From the NCBI GenBank assembly GCA_028714495.1, contig JAQTMH010000001.1, positions 245,036 to 309,035 on the forward strand: DNA of 64,000 bases. Direction: 5' to 3'. This stretch comes from Patescibacteria group bacterium (lineage in GTDB: Bacteria; Patescibacteriota; Patescibacteriia; JAHIZJ01). The translations under genes and the position numbers were made by a program. Positions 1 through 9,238 of this stretch are shown one piece after another (positions within the stretch are counted from its first letter, which is position 1; the number at the start of each line of letters is the position of its first letter). The notes under the pieces were generated by a model. The model was not told the DNA's origin. It made no database searches and saw nothing but the letters and a program-made list of their open reading frames with translations.

Positions 1-38
1 AACGCCTCATCTAAATAGCTCCTAGCTATTGGGGCGTT

Positions 39-848
39 TTATTGGCTCAGAAGTCTATCAATAATTTGCCGAAATGTGTCTTCCGGAATCACGCCGGGGA
101 TGACGTAGCCGTTGATAACAAAGGTGGGCGTCCCAGTTACGCCAATGGCTAAACCAGCCTCGACGTCTTCTTCAATGTCAGCGGCGTATTTGTCCGATTC
201 AAGGCATTTTTTGAATCGGTCCGTGTCCAGTCCGGACTGCAGGGCGTAGTATTCCAAATCAACCGCTGCTAGTTTAGCTTGATTTTGGAACAGCCGGTCG
301 TGAAATTCCCAAAATTTGTCCTGCTCATTGGCGCAAGCCGCCGCTTCAGCCGCCCTCTCGGCGTCAGGATGAATATCCGTACCTGGATAATCCCGATAGA
401 CAAAATAAATCCGGTCGCCATATTCACTCATCATTTTCCTCACTGTGGGAAAGGCTTCGCCGGAGAACGGGCATTGAAAATCAACAAACTCGACAATCTC
501 CACTTTTGCTTTGGTCGAACCAAAACCCGGATCATCGGCCGTTAGCAGTTTGTTCATATCAACAATCGTGACCTGTTCAGTCGTATCCTGGGCGCGCTGG
601 CCGAGAACGCTTAGGGCATACCAGGAAACACTGACGATAAATAAAACAATTAAAACGCCAAAAATTATCAGGGAGATGCCCCACCAGGTGCGCCACCAAC
701 GGCGTTGAGGTAAGGGTTGAGGCGCCGGTATTTTTGTCTTATTTGTAATTGGCAAGTTAGCCATATCTTTATCATAACCCGAATTCAAAAATAGTAAAAG
801 TTTTCCGAACCAAAAAACCGTCTCTCTTAAACTCGAGACGGTTTTCAA
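39..848 (-). CDS. DsbA-like thiol:disulfide oxidoreductase (thioredoxin fold), membrane-anchored; true start probably the internal Met (MANLPIT..., ~764)
   Basis: Translation contains CPFS (CxxC-type) motif in 'FVDFQCPFSGEAF' and a C-terminal 'GTPTFVINGY' DsbA-like cis-Pro region. An N-terminal hydrophobic helix precedes the domain. A hairpin terminator-like palindrome lies downstream at 1-40. Confidence 0.7.
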   Translation of the reverse strand: MKTVSSLRETVFWFGKLLLFLNSGYDKDMANLPITNKTKIPAPQPLPQRRWWRTWWGISLIIFGVLIVLFIVSVSWYALSVLGQRAQDTTEQVTIVDMNKLLTADDPGFGSTKAKVEIVEFVDFQCPFSGEAFPTVRKMMSEYGDRIYFVYRDYPGTDIHPDAERAAEAAACANEQDKFWEFHDRLFQNQAKLAAVDLEYYALQSGLDTDRFKKCLESDKYAADIEEDVEAGLAIGVTGTPTFVINGYVIPGVIPEDTFRQIIDRLLSQ

Positions 849-1115
849 ATATCCCCTCTCTGGGCCGGCAAAGGCACACGGGGTTATACCAACTGCGGGA
901 CCCGAAACGCCTGAGGAGAGAGCAACAAGCGCTCAAATCGCTGCAATCGGATCCGTAGACACTTTGCCGGCTTAGAGAAAGGACCTTTTCTGAATCAACC
1001 AGTATAATACTAATAAATTCGGAAAAGGTCCCCTGTACCGGAAGCGCAAAGCGCGACTGGTACAGGGGGTTATGGCTTCTCCTCAAAAGCCATCAGACTT
1101 GACGAACCAGCCTCA

Positions 1116-1745
1116 TCAGCACGCGACCCAGGCAACACCTGAATCGCCTTGTTCACGTTTCGTTCTGACCAGAAAGTTCTTGATCGCTTGGGCCTGCTTC
1201 AGCGAAGCTTGGTTAACGGCTACCACCTTCAGGCAATAGCCAAACGACTCGTGGGGTATAATCTGGCTGGTTACTTCGATGTACCAGCCACAGCCCCAGA
1301 TGCGGAAATTCCGCGGATCAGCCAGCGACAGCCTAATGCTGACACAGCTATCACTCAAACTCACGGTTTCGGACGCATCAGCCGTCAGCTCATCCAATGT
1401 CTGAAACGCAACCTGATCAGCTAGAGGATCTTTCGTCGGTACACGGCCCTGGGTCAGAAACTCAGCGGTGGCCTGAAGCGAGTAGCGCTCTCCAAAGAGC
1501 ATCGTTACATCGCCGCCACGTGTGGGCGCGATGTAGGCCCGCCTGCTGTAGCTGGTCGCCGGCAAACCAAGTTGTCTCGCCTGCACATCAAAGAGCTGGT
1601 TTAGCAACTCGGTCGCCTCGCTGGTGTCCATTTCGGTCTGATACACGACCTGGATCTGGGTCGTCTCTGGCTCGCCAGAGCAACCGAAGATCAGCGAAAA
1701 GGCTAGAGCCAACACGACGCCGCCAAACAACCTCATTATCTTCAT
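1116..1745 (-). CDS. hypothetical lipoprotein
   Basis: N-terminus MKIMRLFGGVVLALAFSLIFGC has a signal peptide plus lipobox (IFGC). No recognisable domain. Confidence 0.5.
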   Translation of the reverse strand: MKIMRLFGGVVLALAFSLIFGCSGEPETTQIQVVYQTEMDTSEATELLNQLFDVQARQLGLPATSYSRRAYIAPTRGGDVTMLFGERYSLQATAEFLTQGRVPTKDPLADQVAFQTLDELTADASETVSLSDSCVSIRLSLADPRNFRIWGCGWYIEVTSQIIPHESFGYCLKVVAVNQASLKQAQAIKNFLVRTKREQGDSGVAWVAC

Positions 1746-1919
1746 CCAGAACCTCCTTGTCCACTGAGAAACGTTCCCGAGCTCTCCACATCTTGGAAAG
1801 CCCTAACCTTCATATTCAAAATCGGGTTATGAATGAGCTTTTTTCCCTTCTGAATCTACGAAGCTTTTCTTCCTAGACTCGGAAAGGTGAAGGTGTTTTA
1901 GCTAAAGCTAGGTACACCC

Positions 1920-2951
1920 TCAAGACCTGTTCAATGGAAAGTCAAGAGCTGAGAAGACCTCTCGCCACCGGGCAAGAAACGCCTCCCATTTGTCCAACGG
2001 CACCTGGACCCTTGTTCTCAACCGACCGCTCACACCATCCGGAAGATGGACGCGGAGATCAATCTTGCCCCACCAGTCCCTCGGCAATTCGACATAGACT
2101 TGCTCGCCCATGTGACCGATGCCAATGACGCAGAGCAAGACGTTTCCGTGACGGCGCAGAACCTCATATCTCCAGGTGGGGAGAGAAACCTTGATGCCCG
2201 AATGGGCGGCCGGCCGAAGGTCAGAGAGCACCACCCGACCTGGCAGTTCTATGGCTTCATCAGCCAGCTGATAAGCCGCCAGTTTGGCCACGTAACATGC
2301 GGCTGAGACCTCGTATTTCAACTGATGGATCGTATCGCTGGCCTGGCAACCGCTGGCTACCCAGTCAGCAATGGTCTGGTAGACCCTCTGTTTCTCCCGC
2401 AGATGTCCTTCGGGGTCCATACTGAAATACGGTATTGTGTTGAGGCTTTCAACCAGAAGTCTGCCTACCCGACTCAGCCTAGATATTCCGTTGCTGGATC
2501 TCTCGCTGATGTCGGCATCATCCTCCAGACCCAGATACCAGGCACCGCAAGCCTTGAGAAAACCCAGGAAGCCGTCGTTGTCGGCGTGAAAAAGCACCAC
2601 GCTGACACCAGACTTCCTCCATTCATCACGGGTAATCAGATGGGCACACGAAGGCGCCGCGATTCGGTCAACCAGGCGGATTGCTTCGCCGAATCTCTGA
2701 CGCAATCCTTCGGCATTCTCCTTTTCAACTTGAACCTGGTTCAAATGATGGTCAGCGAAACACGCTAGCCGATGACCAGCCGCGATCAGTTGATCAATCA
2801 ACGCGCACATTTCAGTTGACGGTGCCAAGTCAATGCAGGCGAACCGGCTGCTGGGAGGCAGAGAGGCGACTAACTCTAGGCGATCCTTTTCCGTGATATA
2901 CGGCTGGATCGCGATGCCACGCACGCCGTTCAAATTCACCACCAGAACCAT
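1920..2951 (-). CDS. hypothetical protein (343 aa)
   Basis: Long ORF in the same orientation as its neighbours. Contains 'FADHH' and 'HADNDG' strings but in an order unlike DHH phosphoesterases. Function unknown. Confidence 0.45.
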   Translation of the reverse strand: MVLVVNLNGVRGIAIQPYITEKDRLELVASLPPSSRFACIDLAPSTEMCALIDQLIAAGHRLACFADHHLNQVQVEKENAEGLRQRFGEAIRLVDRIAAPSCAHLITRDEWRKSGVSVVLFHADNDGFLGFLKACGAWYLGLEDDADISERSSNGISRLSRVGRLLVESLNTIPYFSMDPEGHLREKQRVYQTIADWVASGCQASDTIHQLKYEVSAACYVAKLAAYQLADEAIELPGRVVLSDLRPAAHSGIKVSLPTWRYEVLRRHGNVLLCVIGIGHMGEQVYVELPRDWWGKIDLRVHLPDGVSGRLRTRVQVPLDKWEAFLARWREVFSALDFPLNRS

Positions 2952-3108
2952 GCGATCCCTCCGTTTCTTCGGCTGATGCCTCTATGGTTTTTGACAATGA
3001 GCTATCTTCTTCTGAACCCGCGAATCGTTATGATTCCCAGATTCAGGGAAAGGGGCGAACACCAGACGATATTCGCCCAATGAACAGACCTTCGTATGGC
3101 CAGTGTTG

Positions 3109-3576
3109 CTAGTAGTTCGACAGCGTCAAGACGACGCCGTCACCAGCCGGGCCTGATGTGGCCGTCTCGCCATACGCCTCAATCGTGTAGACGCCGGCTA
3201 CAAGCTGGTAGCCGATGTTGCCCTGGCTGTAGCCGAGCGGCCCAATCGTCATCGGCGCCTTGGTGAATGGGTTGTTCGGCAACACACCGCCGGTCCATTG
3301 CGACACGTCATTGAGCTGTTCCAATGTCGGATAGACGTCATCGTTCCGGACCGCAAAGTCCTCGACCACGAGCTGCGTCGAGTGGCAGTTCGCCTTGACA
3401 CTGCCTTCCTTGGCGCGGTTCACCATCGCGATGTAGTCCGGGATGGCGATCGCCGCCAGAATCCCGATGATGAGGACCACAATCATCAGCCCGATCAGAC
3501 TGAAACCATGGGAATGAGAACTCTTCATGTCCAGCTCCTCCTCTTTGAAACCGACTCTTTCTTCCGCCACTCTCAT
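3109..3576 (-). CDS. type IV pilin / pseudopilin (prepilin-type N-terminal methylation domain); likely start at internal Met MKSSHSHG (~3528)
   Basis: Translation has 'GFSLIGLMIVVLIIGILAAIAIP', the class III prepilin leader/cleavage motif G|F(T/S)LIxLMIV. Position +5 is Gly instead of the usual Glu. Confidence 0.7.
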   Translation of the reverse strand: MRVAEERVGFKEEELDMKSSHSHGFSLIGLMIVVLIIGILAAIAIPDYIAMVNRAKEGSVKANCHSTQLVVEDFAVRNDDVYPTLEQLNDVSQWTGGVLPNNPFTKAPMTIGPLGYSQGNIGYQLVAGVYTIEAYGETATSGPAGDGVVLTLSNY

Positions 3577-3771
3577 CTATCAGCCAACAGCCAACTCCGC
3601 AGGCCAATGCCTGACAGATAAATCTGGCTTGTCAATCTTAACGCGTGACCCGATGTTTGATGCAAAGAGCAATTCTTCCTCTGAGCGCTCAATCGTTTAT
3701 TGCGCAATCAAGAACTCGGAGAAAGGGGGTATTGCCAGTCAAACCAGCAAAATACCCCACGACCAGGCGAA

Positions 3772-4050
3772 TCACTGCCCTTGGTTAGGCAATTGAAGGC
3801 GGGAGATCAGGTGGTTCCTGTTGATCAACCAGTAGAAGATCATGGGTATTGTCAGGCAGAGCGACACCCCCGCATAAAATAGGAATGGTGGTTTACCTGA
3901 CAGTAAGTATGACAGCATGCCGAGTGTTGCCACAATGCCAGCGCCGACAACCTCATTCCAGATGGGCTTGGGCCAGCGCCACGACGCGTAGAGCCAGCCA
4001 GCCACCGGAGCTGCCAGCAACGCAATGAGATGGTACAGAGTCATAGACAC
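3772..4050 (-). CDS. small integral membrane protein (92 aa), hypothetical
   Basis: Three hydrophobic segments. Same strand as the neighbouring genes. Confidence 0.35.
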   Translation of the reverse strand: MSMTLYHLIALLAAPVAGWLYASWRWPKPIWNEVVGAGIVATLGMLSYLLSGKPPFLFYAGVSLCLTIPMIFYWLINRNHLISRLQLPNQGQ

Positions 4051-4266
4051 CTCCTGGATCGAGCCTGTTGCGAAAAGAAACTGTCAAAAGAGCTATCCTT
4101 CTCTGAAGTTATTATGGTACCTCTCCATAAAGTCGAGGAATAATAAATTCAGAGAAAGAGGGCAGAACCAGTTAAGCTTGCGCTTTTCCAGTTCTGCCCA
4201 AGGGGCAGTACCGGAACCCTAGAACCATTACGGTTCAGGGGACTGGTACTGCCCTGTGTTGTGAAG

Positions 4267-4899
4267 CTAGGACTCGGCGATGAAGTGGGCGTGGCTGCAG
4301 CGCTGGCATTGGGCCTTGGCGAGTGCCGCGTCTACTGCCGGACGATACCGAATGAGCGACTCGGGGAAAGCCTCGAGTGAGCCCTGGTAGAGCGTCTTGG
4401 CCACGATTCTGGCCAGGCGCTCCGCCTCGTCCTTCACCACCTCGCGCGACTGCACCCGAACCCGCGACCCCGTAGAACTGAGCCTGAGCTCGATCACGAC
4501 GATTCCGCCGGGCACCGAGAAGAGCGCGTGCGGATCATCCTGCTCCCGGCCCACGAAGAATGGCCGAAGCGCCTTGCCGGAGAAACCGCAGATGATCGTA
4601 GCCTGGCCGATCTCGCCGAGACCGCCGCCCTCCTCCGCAATCTGGATGAGCGGCGGCTGTCCGTTGACGCAGGACGGCATCTGGAAGACGCCATCCTGCC
4701 CCTCGACCTGCGGCAGGTCCACGACGACACCGGTGCGAGTCTCGTGAACCTCCACATCCTCCGCCCCCTGGTCCCAGAGCTGCGCGAGAATGGCTTCCCG
4801 ATTGCCCTGGGCGAGTTTCACGATGAGCTTCATCATGGCGATACCCCTTTCTGCTCGAACACCTAAACCCTTGGCAACAATTCCTTGTTGCCAGTTCAC
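4267..4899 (-). CDS. hypothetical protein (probable start at MKLIVKLAQGN...)
   Basis: GC-rich ORF of 210 aa. No recognisable motif. Confidence 0.4.
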   Translation of the reverse strand: MNWQQGIVAKGLGVRAERGIAMMKLIVKLAQGNREAILAQLWDQGAEDVEVHETRTGVVVDLPQVEGQDGVFQMPSCVNGQPPLIQIAEEGGGLGEIGQATIICGFSGKALRPFFVGREQDDPHALFSVPGGIVVIELRLSSTGSRVRVQSREVVKDEAERLARIVAKTLYQGSLEAFPESLIRYRPAVDAALAKAQCQRCSHAHFIAES

Positions 4900-5109
4900 A
4901 CCTGTCTGGGGCTGCTAGCTTCACTAATTGTAAAGAACCAACCCCCACACCAAATTCTTCAGAATAATTATTGAAAAATTTGGTGTGGGGGAACAAACTA
5001 TTCTACCTCAACTCTCGAAAAAAATCAAGGGCTGGAGTAGAACGGGGAAGAAGTGATTGGCTGCTTCCCCGTCAATGTGTCTCACTGTACGAGTAGGTCA
5101 TTTCACCTC

Positions 5110-5406
5110 CTAGGCCACCAGCAACAAAGGGTCGCCGGAAAAGGCCTGGTTGATGAGTGCGCGGATAGCGTGCTCATGGTGAATTCGACAAACATCCAGG
5201 TGAAGTATTTCTGCCACCTGGGGCACAAGATTCTCGATCGGGTATCCCCGATACCAGACCCACCCGTCAAGGTAGGCCTTGAGGACCGTTGCCGCTTCAA
5301 GCTGCGACCTGATGCGCATATCAAGCCCCCCTTCTGTGGAAGAGCCTTCCTCTGAACCTTGGACCATGATTGGTTCAAAGCTCGGAAGAAGTGGGGGCTC
5401 ACACAC
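5110..5406 (-). CDS. small hypothetical protein (~98 aa)
   Basis: ORF fills a 530-bp gap between flanking genes on the same strand. No motif recognised. Confidence 0.3.
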   Translation of the reverse strand: MCEPPLLPSFEPIMVQGSEEGSSTEGGLDMRIRSQLEAATVLKAYLDGWVWYRGYPIENLVPQVAEILHLDVCRIHHEHAIRALINQAFSGDPLLLVA

Positions 5407-5427
5407 AGTGTAAGCCCCCTCAAAAGA

Positions 5428-5913
5428 TCACTGTCGGTACCAGAGCTTGACAGTCAACCCTGGACAGATCATGTTCAGCTTCCGCACAGAGTCCCGGAAG
5501 TTCATGGCCGCCTCCCTTGACGGCCGCGGCTTGAAGCCAATGACCGCGTAGACTTCCTGATCAGTCATCTTTGGACCGGCTATCTTGTTGATATCCGAGC
5601 CCCAGGCGTCGTGAACCCAGACTACCAGACCCATGAACTTGATCTGGAAGGTAGGGTCAACCTCGAGCTTCTTCATGTCCACGCTCGGGTCAGTGCCGAG
5701 CCGAACAATGTGTACGACTTCAAAGAAGTAATCGTACAGCTCATACTTGCATCCTTCGAAGACAAAGGACGCACAAGCCTGTGTCCAGTCATCGACTGGC
5801 ACATTGATGCTGTCCAGCTGTGACGCTGTCAGCTCGATAGTGACGGTTTCCGCTCCTGCGTACGCCTGGCAAAATGCCAAGGTCGCGACCACCAAGATCA
5901 CCAAACTCTTCAT
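5428..5913 (-). CDS. secreted hypothetical protein (161 aa)
   Basis: N-terminal signal peptide MKSLVILVVATLAFCQAYAGA. Confidence 0.5.
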   Translation of the reverse strand: MKSLVILVVATLAFCQAYAGAETVTIELTASQLDSINVPVDDWTQACASFVFEGCKYELYDYFFEVVHIVRLGTDPSVDMKKLEVDPTFQIKFMGLVVWVHDAWGSDINKIAGPKMTDQEVYAVIGFKPRPSREAAMNFRDSVRKLNMICPGLTVKLWYRQ

Positions 5914-6169
5914 TTTAGCCTTCCTCCGTTTGGTACGGGCTGGTCATCGTTGGCCACCAGCAAGCCAGTGTCAAAGAGCATTCCTTCCTCTGAACCCTCA
6001 ATCCGCTATTCCCGATTAATATCAGGAGTCTTGGGATTAAGAGTTCGGAAGAAGTTCCCAGCACCGGAAATCCCGAAGGATAACTAGTGCTGGGAGCCCC
6101 GAACCGGAACCCTGTAACGAAGCGCTTCGCGCCTGGTTCAGGGGACTGGTTCGTGGAAGAAAGAGCAGA

Positions 6170-6556
6170 TCACAGATGATAGGCAACCGCACCCTGCTGT
6201 GGAATGGCCCACCAGCAGTCAACCTCGAATCGGTGACCATCATAGTTCCAGGCAGGCACCCAGACCTTGTATCGCGAGTAAACCTTCCCTGAATCAGTCG
6301 TCAGGTGATGGCACGCCCGGATGATGATCCCCCGGGCTTCAGCATCTCGGCTGAAGGCGCTAGGAAGGATGTAATCATTCTTGTCCTTTGGGGTCGCCGC
6401 GTCGGCATTGAACACCCAGACCGTGTCGCCGACGGCGAATTCAGTCTTGGCGAAGTTGATGTAGCCGGGCTCACTCGGTTGAGCCAGTTGAAGAACATCA
6501 GCCGCCGAGGAAGAAACCACGGCCATCGCGACCAGAAGAACCACTAGCCACTTCAT
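6170..6556 (-). CDS. small secreted protein, paralog family (EPG...VGDxVWV motif)
   Basis: Start MKWLVVLLVAMAVVSSSAA has an RBS GGAGGG 6 nt upstream (reverse complement of 6557-6566). Shares 'EPGY...FAVGDTVWVFN' with the 7414..7827 product. Confidence 0.55.
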   Translation of the reverse strand: MKWLVVLLVAMAVVSSSAADVLQLAQPSEPGYINFAKTEFAVGDTVWVFNADAATPKDKNDYILPSAFSRDAEARGIIIRACHHLTTDSGKVYSRYKVWVPAWNYDGHRFEVDCWWAIPQQGAVAYHL

Positions 6557-6671
6557 GATACCCTCCTGACGCATAGCGTCTGTCTTGAACCAGGCTGATT
6601 GGATTGACTTCAATCCATACCAACCCAGTTACTAACTTGTAAAGAGCTCCGCTTGAACCTGTCTTTAGTGG

Positions 6672-6830
6672 GGAACCCCGAACCAATTGCGCTAAAGCGC
6701 TTCCGGTTCAGGGCAAGCCCCGAACCGGAGTCCCGTCGAATGACAGAACGACTGGTTTGGGGTAAAGACAGGCTCGAGTGAAGCCCTGACCCCATACCGA
6801 AGCTTTAGCGCCTGGTACGGGGTCAGGGGG
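6672..6830 (+). repeat. compound nested-hairpin element (three tandem units), family 1
   Basis: Units of outer stem CCCCGAACC/GGTT(C/T)GGGG or CCCTGACCCCATACCG/CTGGTACGGGGTCAGGG around central palindromes GCGCTAAAGCGC and AAGCTTTAGCGC. Related copies at 976-1070, 4095-4258, 6054-6160 and 22300-22440. Confidence 0.6.
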
Positions 6831-7010
6831 TGATTTCTTGGCAGCTACGAGAGTCGAACTCGTCATCCTTCCTTGGAAGGAGCCCGAACACCCGGACGGG
6901 CTGACCACCGGGCCACTTTACGTCGGGAAGCCGCCTGATTTATTTCGGCAAGGAGATATATCCTCTCCCGTAACCCGAAATCTTGTTTCGGGTGGTGTTA
7001 AAAGGACGTT

Positions 7011-7085
7011 TCTCTTCCGAACCCGCGAACCTAGATGATTTCCAGACTCGGAAAAGTGGAGGAAGGGCAGGACTTCCTCCGAAGA
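7011..7085 (+). repeat. repeat family 2 (TTC(T/C)GAACCCGCGAACC...GGAGGAAGGGCAGGACTTCCTCC)
   Basis: Second copy at 9100..9172. Partial copy at 3007..3050. 3' part forms hairpin GGAGGAA-gggcaggac-TTCCTCC. Confidence 0.7.
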
Positions 7086-7153
7086 TGTTCAAAATGTGCG
7101 TTGGAGCTCTCGCGCCTGCCTTGTTCCGAAGAACAACGCGAGAGGATGCGGGT

Positions 7154-7456
7154 TTAGAACCAGAAGGTGATGCACCACACGAAGCTGGCAAGCATAGCCA
7201 CCAATCCCGTGCTGGTCTGGAGCCTCTGATCAGGGGCTTCGTTCAAAGACCATGTCCAGAGCCGAGTCGCCAGCGCGACACCCCCGGCAGACCCGAGCGT
7301 GCAGAACCCGAGCAGAGCATTCCTGAACCACATCATGATTCCCTCCTCGCAGCACATTGCTGCATCAGTTTCCATAAACCCCTTGGCGGACTCGCTATGA
7401 GCCGCCGCGACAACTACCAATACAACGCAAGGAAGTAGCGAGAGTAGGCTGCCCAC
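7154..7456 (-). CDS. possible small membrane protein (100 aa)
   Basis: Hydrophobic N- and C-terminal segments. Weak call. Confidence 0.25.
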   Translation of the reverse strand: MGSLLSLLPCVVLVVVAAAHSESAKGFMETDAAMCCEEGIMMWFRNALLGFCTLGSAGGVALATRLWTWSLNEAPDQRLQTSTGLVAMLASFVWCITFWF

Positions 7457-7827
7457 CTTTGAGGCAGGTTATACGCCTCATAGAGGTTGCCAAACTCTGC
7501 TTCCTCCTCGAAGTCCTCTCCCGACAGGGAGACAGCAACCCTGTAGAACCAGTAATCACCATACTGGAAGATCGCCACAACCCTTGCCAACGCGTACTCC
7601 TGCATGCAGGAATCGTCCGCGCCAGGGTACAACCCGCCGTAGGCGCATTCAGTTTCACCTACGTTCACCCACACCGAGTCACCGACCTCCAGCGGCTTCG
7701 AGTTGAAGACGCCGTAGGGGTAAAAGCCGGGCTCTACGTTCTGACCAAACGCCAACGGCGCCAGGACAGCAAAGAGTGAGGCAACGGCCAGACAGATCAG
7801 CACCCAACAGTACGTTCGATGCTGCAT
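7414..7827 (-). CDS. small secreted protein, paralog of 6170..6556
   Basis: Start MQHRTYCWVLICLAVASLFAVLA is preceded by AAGGAGGT RBS (reverse complement of 7833-7840). Motif 'EPGFYPYGVF...EVGDSVWVNV' is shared with the 6170 gene. Confidence 0.55.
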   Translation of the reverse strand: MQHRTYCWVLICLAVASLFAVLAPLAFGQNVEPGFYPYGVFNSKPLEVGDSVWVNVGETECAYGGLYPGADDSCMQEYALARVVAIFQYGDYWFYRVAVSLSGEDFEEEAEFGNLYEAYNLPQRWAAYSRYFLALYW

Positions 7828-7979
7828 TTTGGTACCTCCTTGATGGTTCGAGACCTCTAGGAGAATGATATTATCAATGTAATGAGCCTTTCTCCTACCT
7901 GAGCGCTGCAGTACAGAAGTACTGAAACGCTCGGGTAGGACCCGATGCGCACCAGAGGTGGCACGCATCGGGATGAACG

Positions 7980-8819
7980 TTAGAATGAGTAGGAGAATGA
8001 AACTGAACACTCGGCATGCTTTTCACGCGTGTCATAGTACGCGCGAAGAAAGCACTTCGGCGCGTACTCCGCAGTTGCGCCGACAAGCCATCGCGAGCCG
8101 CGCGCATCGCCGCAGTCGTACTGGGCATAGAGACGCGCCCAAGGGCTAACCCTCACGTAGTTCTGCAGGAAGTACGGAGCGCGTCCCTCCTGCTCCGGAT
8201 CAAACCAGCTTGCGCCGATTGCCGGGTTGAAGAACCGCATGGGTTCCCAAGTCGCGATTGCCGCGTACCCGATGTTCCTCTCCCAGCATGCCTTGACGGA
8301 CGCTGGGGCTCCGGCGAGCGAATCGGTCACCGCCACGTACGCCGCCCAGTGCCGGTCGTCTTTGAAACTGACGACCGTAGTCGTGAACGAGCTAACGATG
8401 TGCGTCGCGGACACGCCGAACTGATTTGACGAGAACTTGCAGTTCGCGTCAGGGTTCCGTGTCAGACGAAGCTCCTGAGGACCAGGGAAGACGGACTGGA
8501 TTGGCAGAGCTTGCTGGCCAATGGCAACAGCAGTCCTGCCGAATTCAGTCACGAACGTCTTCATCGCATACGCCTTTGTCAGTCGCACGCTGGTGACGCC
8601 CGTGCCGTCGATTTCCGCACGGAAGAACAGGGCGTGTGCCTTGTCTTCCTGACAGAGACCCGCCCGCAGAATGCCGAGCGTGTAGGCATGATCGTTGCTC
8701 CGGTCCGGCATGGACACGGAGCCGTACACGTAGTTGCTCGCACCGGCGTTCGCAGCCAGTACCAACGCGAAGATGATCGCGAACAGCATGGCGACTTTGA
8801 ACCGACAACCGGAAATCAT
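7980..8819 (-). CDS. secreted beta-rich protein, outer-membrane-protein-like (C-terminal ...FSYSF)
   Basis: Signal peptide MISGCRFKVAMLFAIIFALVLAANAGAS. Alternating hydrophobic pattern. Terminal Phe is typical of beta-barrel OMPs. Confidence 0.5.
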   Translation of the reverse strand: MISGCRFKVAMLFAIIFALVLAANAGASNYVYGSVSMPDRSNDHAYTLGILRAGLCQEDKAHALFFRAEIDGTGVTSVRLTKAYAMKTFVTEFGRTAVAIGQQALPIQSVFPGPQELRLTRNPDANCKFSSNQFGVSATHIVSSFTTTVVSFKDDRHWAAYVAVTDSLAGAPASVKACWERNIGYAAIATWEPMRFFNPAIGASWFDPEQEGRAPYFLQNYVRVSPWARLYAQYDCGDARGSRWLVGATAEYAPKCFLRAYYDTREKHAECSVSFSYSF

Positions 8820-8885
8820 TGATCCCCCCTTGTTTCTGCCGTTTTGGTAGACCGTTAGCGCACTTCAAGGAAGCCGCCTAAATCT

Positions 8886-9031
8886 CTCCACACCGAACTG
8901 GAGGTGAGTTTGTCCATCTTTGAGCCGAAGCTCGATGGACCGGCTGAACTTAGTGAAGGCGTTGAGTTGTTCACCCGACGCGATCACCTCGTCTAGCCAC
9001 TCTCTTCTCCCCTCCATGTCGGTGCGGAGAA
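8886..9031 (+). repeat. 143-bp direct repeat, copy 1
   Basis: Near-identical (one internal mismatch) to 10311..10455. A diverged third copy lies at ~10625..10770, sharing the core TTTGAGCCGAAGCTCG. Confidence 0.85.
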
Positions 9032-9238
9032 ACGGTAGTCGTTCCCCGACTTGATCGGGGAACCTAGAAATTCTACTTAGTGTGTGTAATAAATAACTTC
9101 TCCTCTTCTGAACCCGCGAACCGAATTGATTCCCAGGTTCGGAAGATAGGAGGAAGGGCAGGACTTCCTCCAAGAACGAATGAGCATAGTAATTCTCACA
9201 CCTGCCTGCGAGCTAAGCTCGATTTGTGAGAGGCGAGA

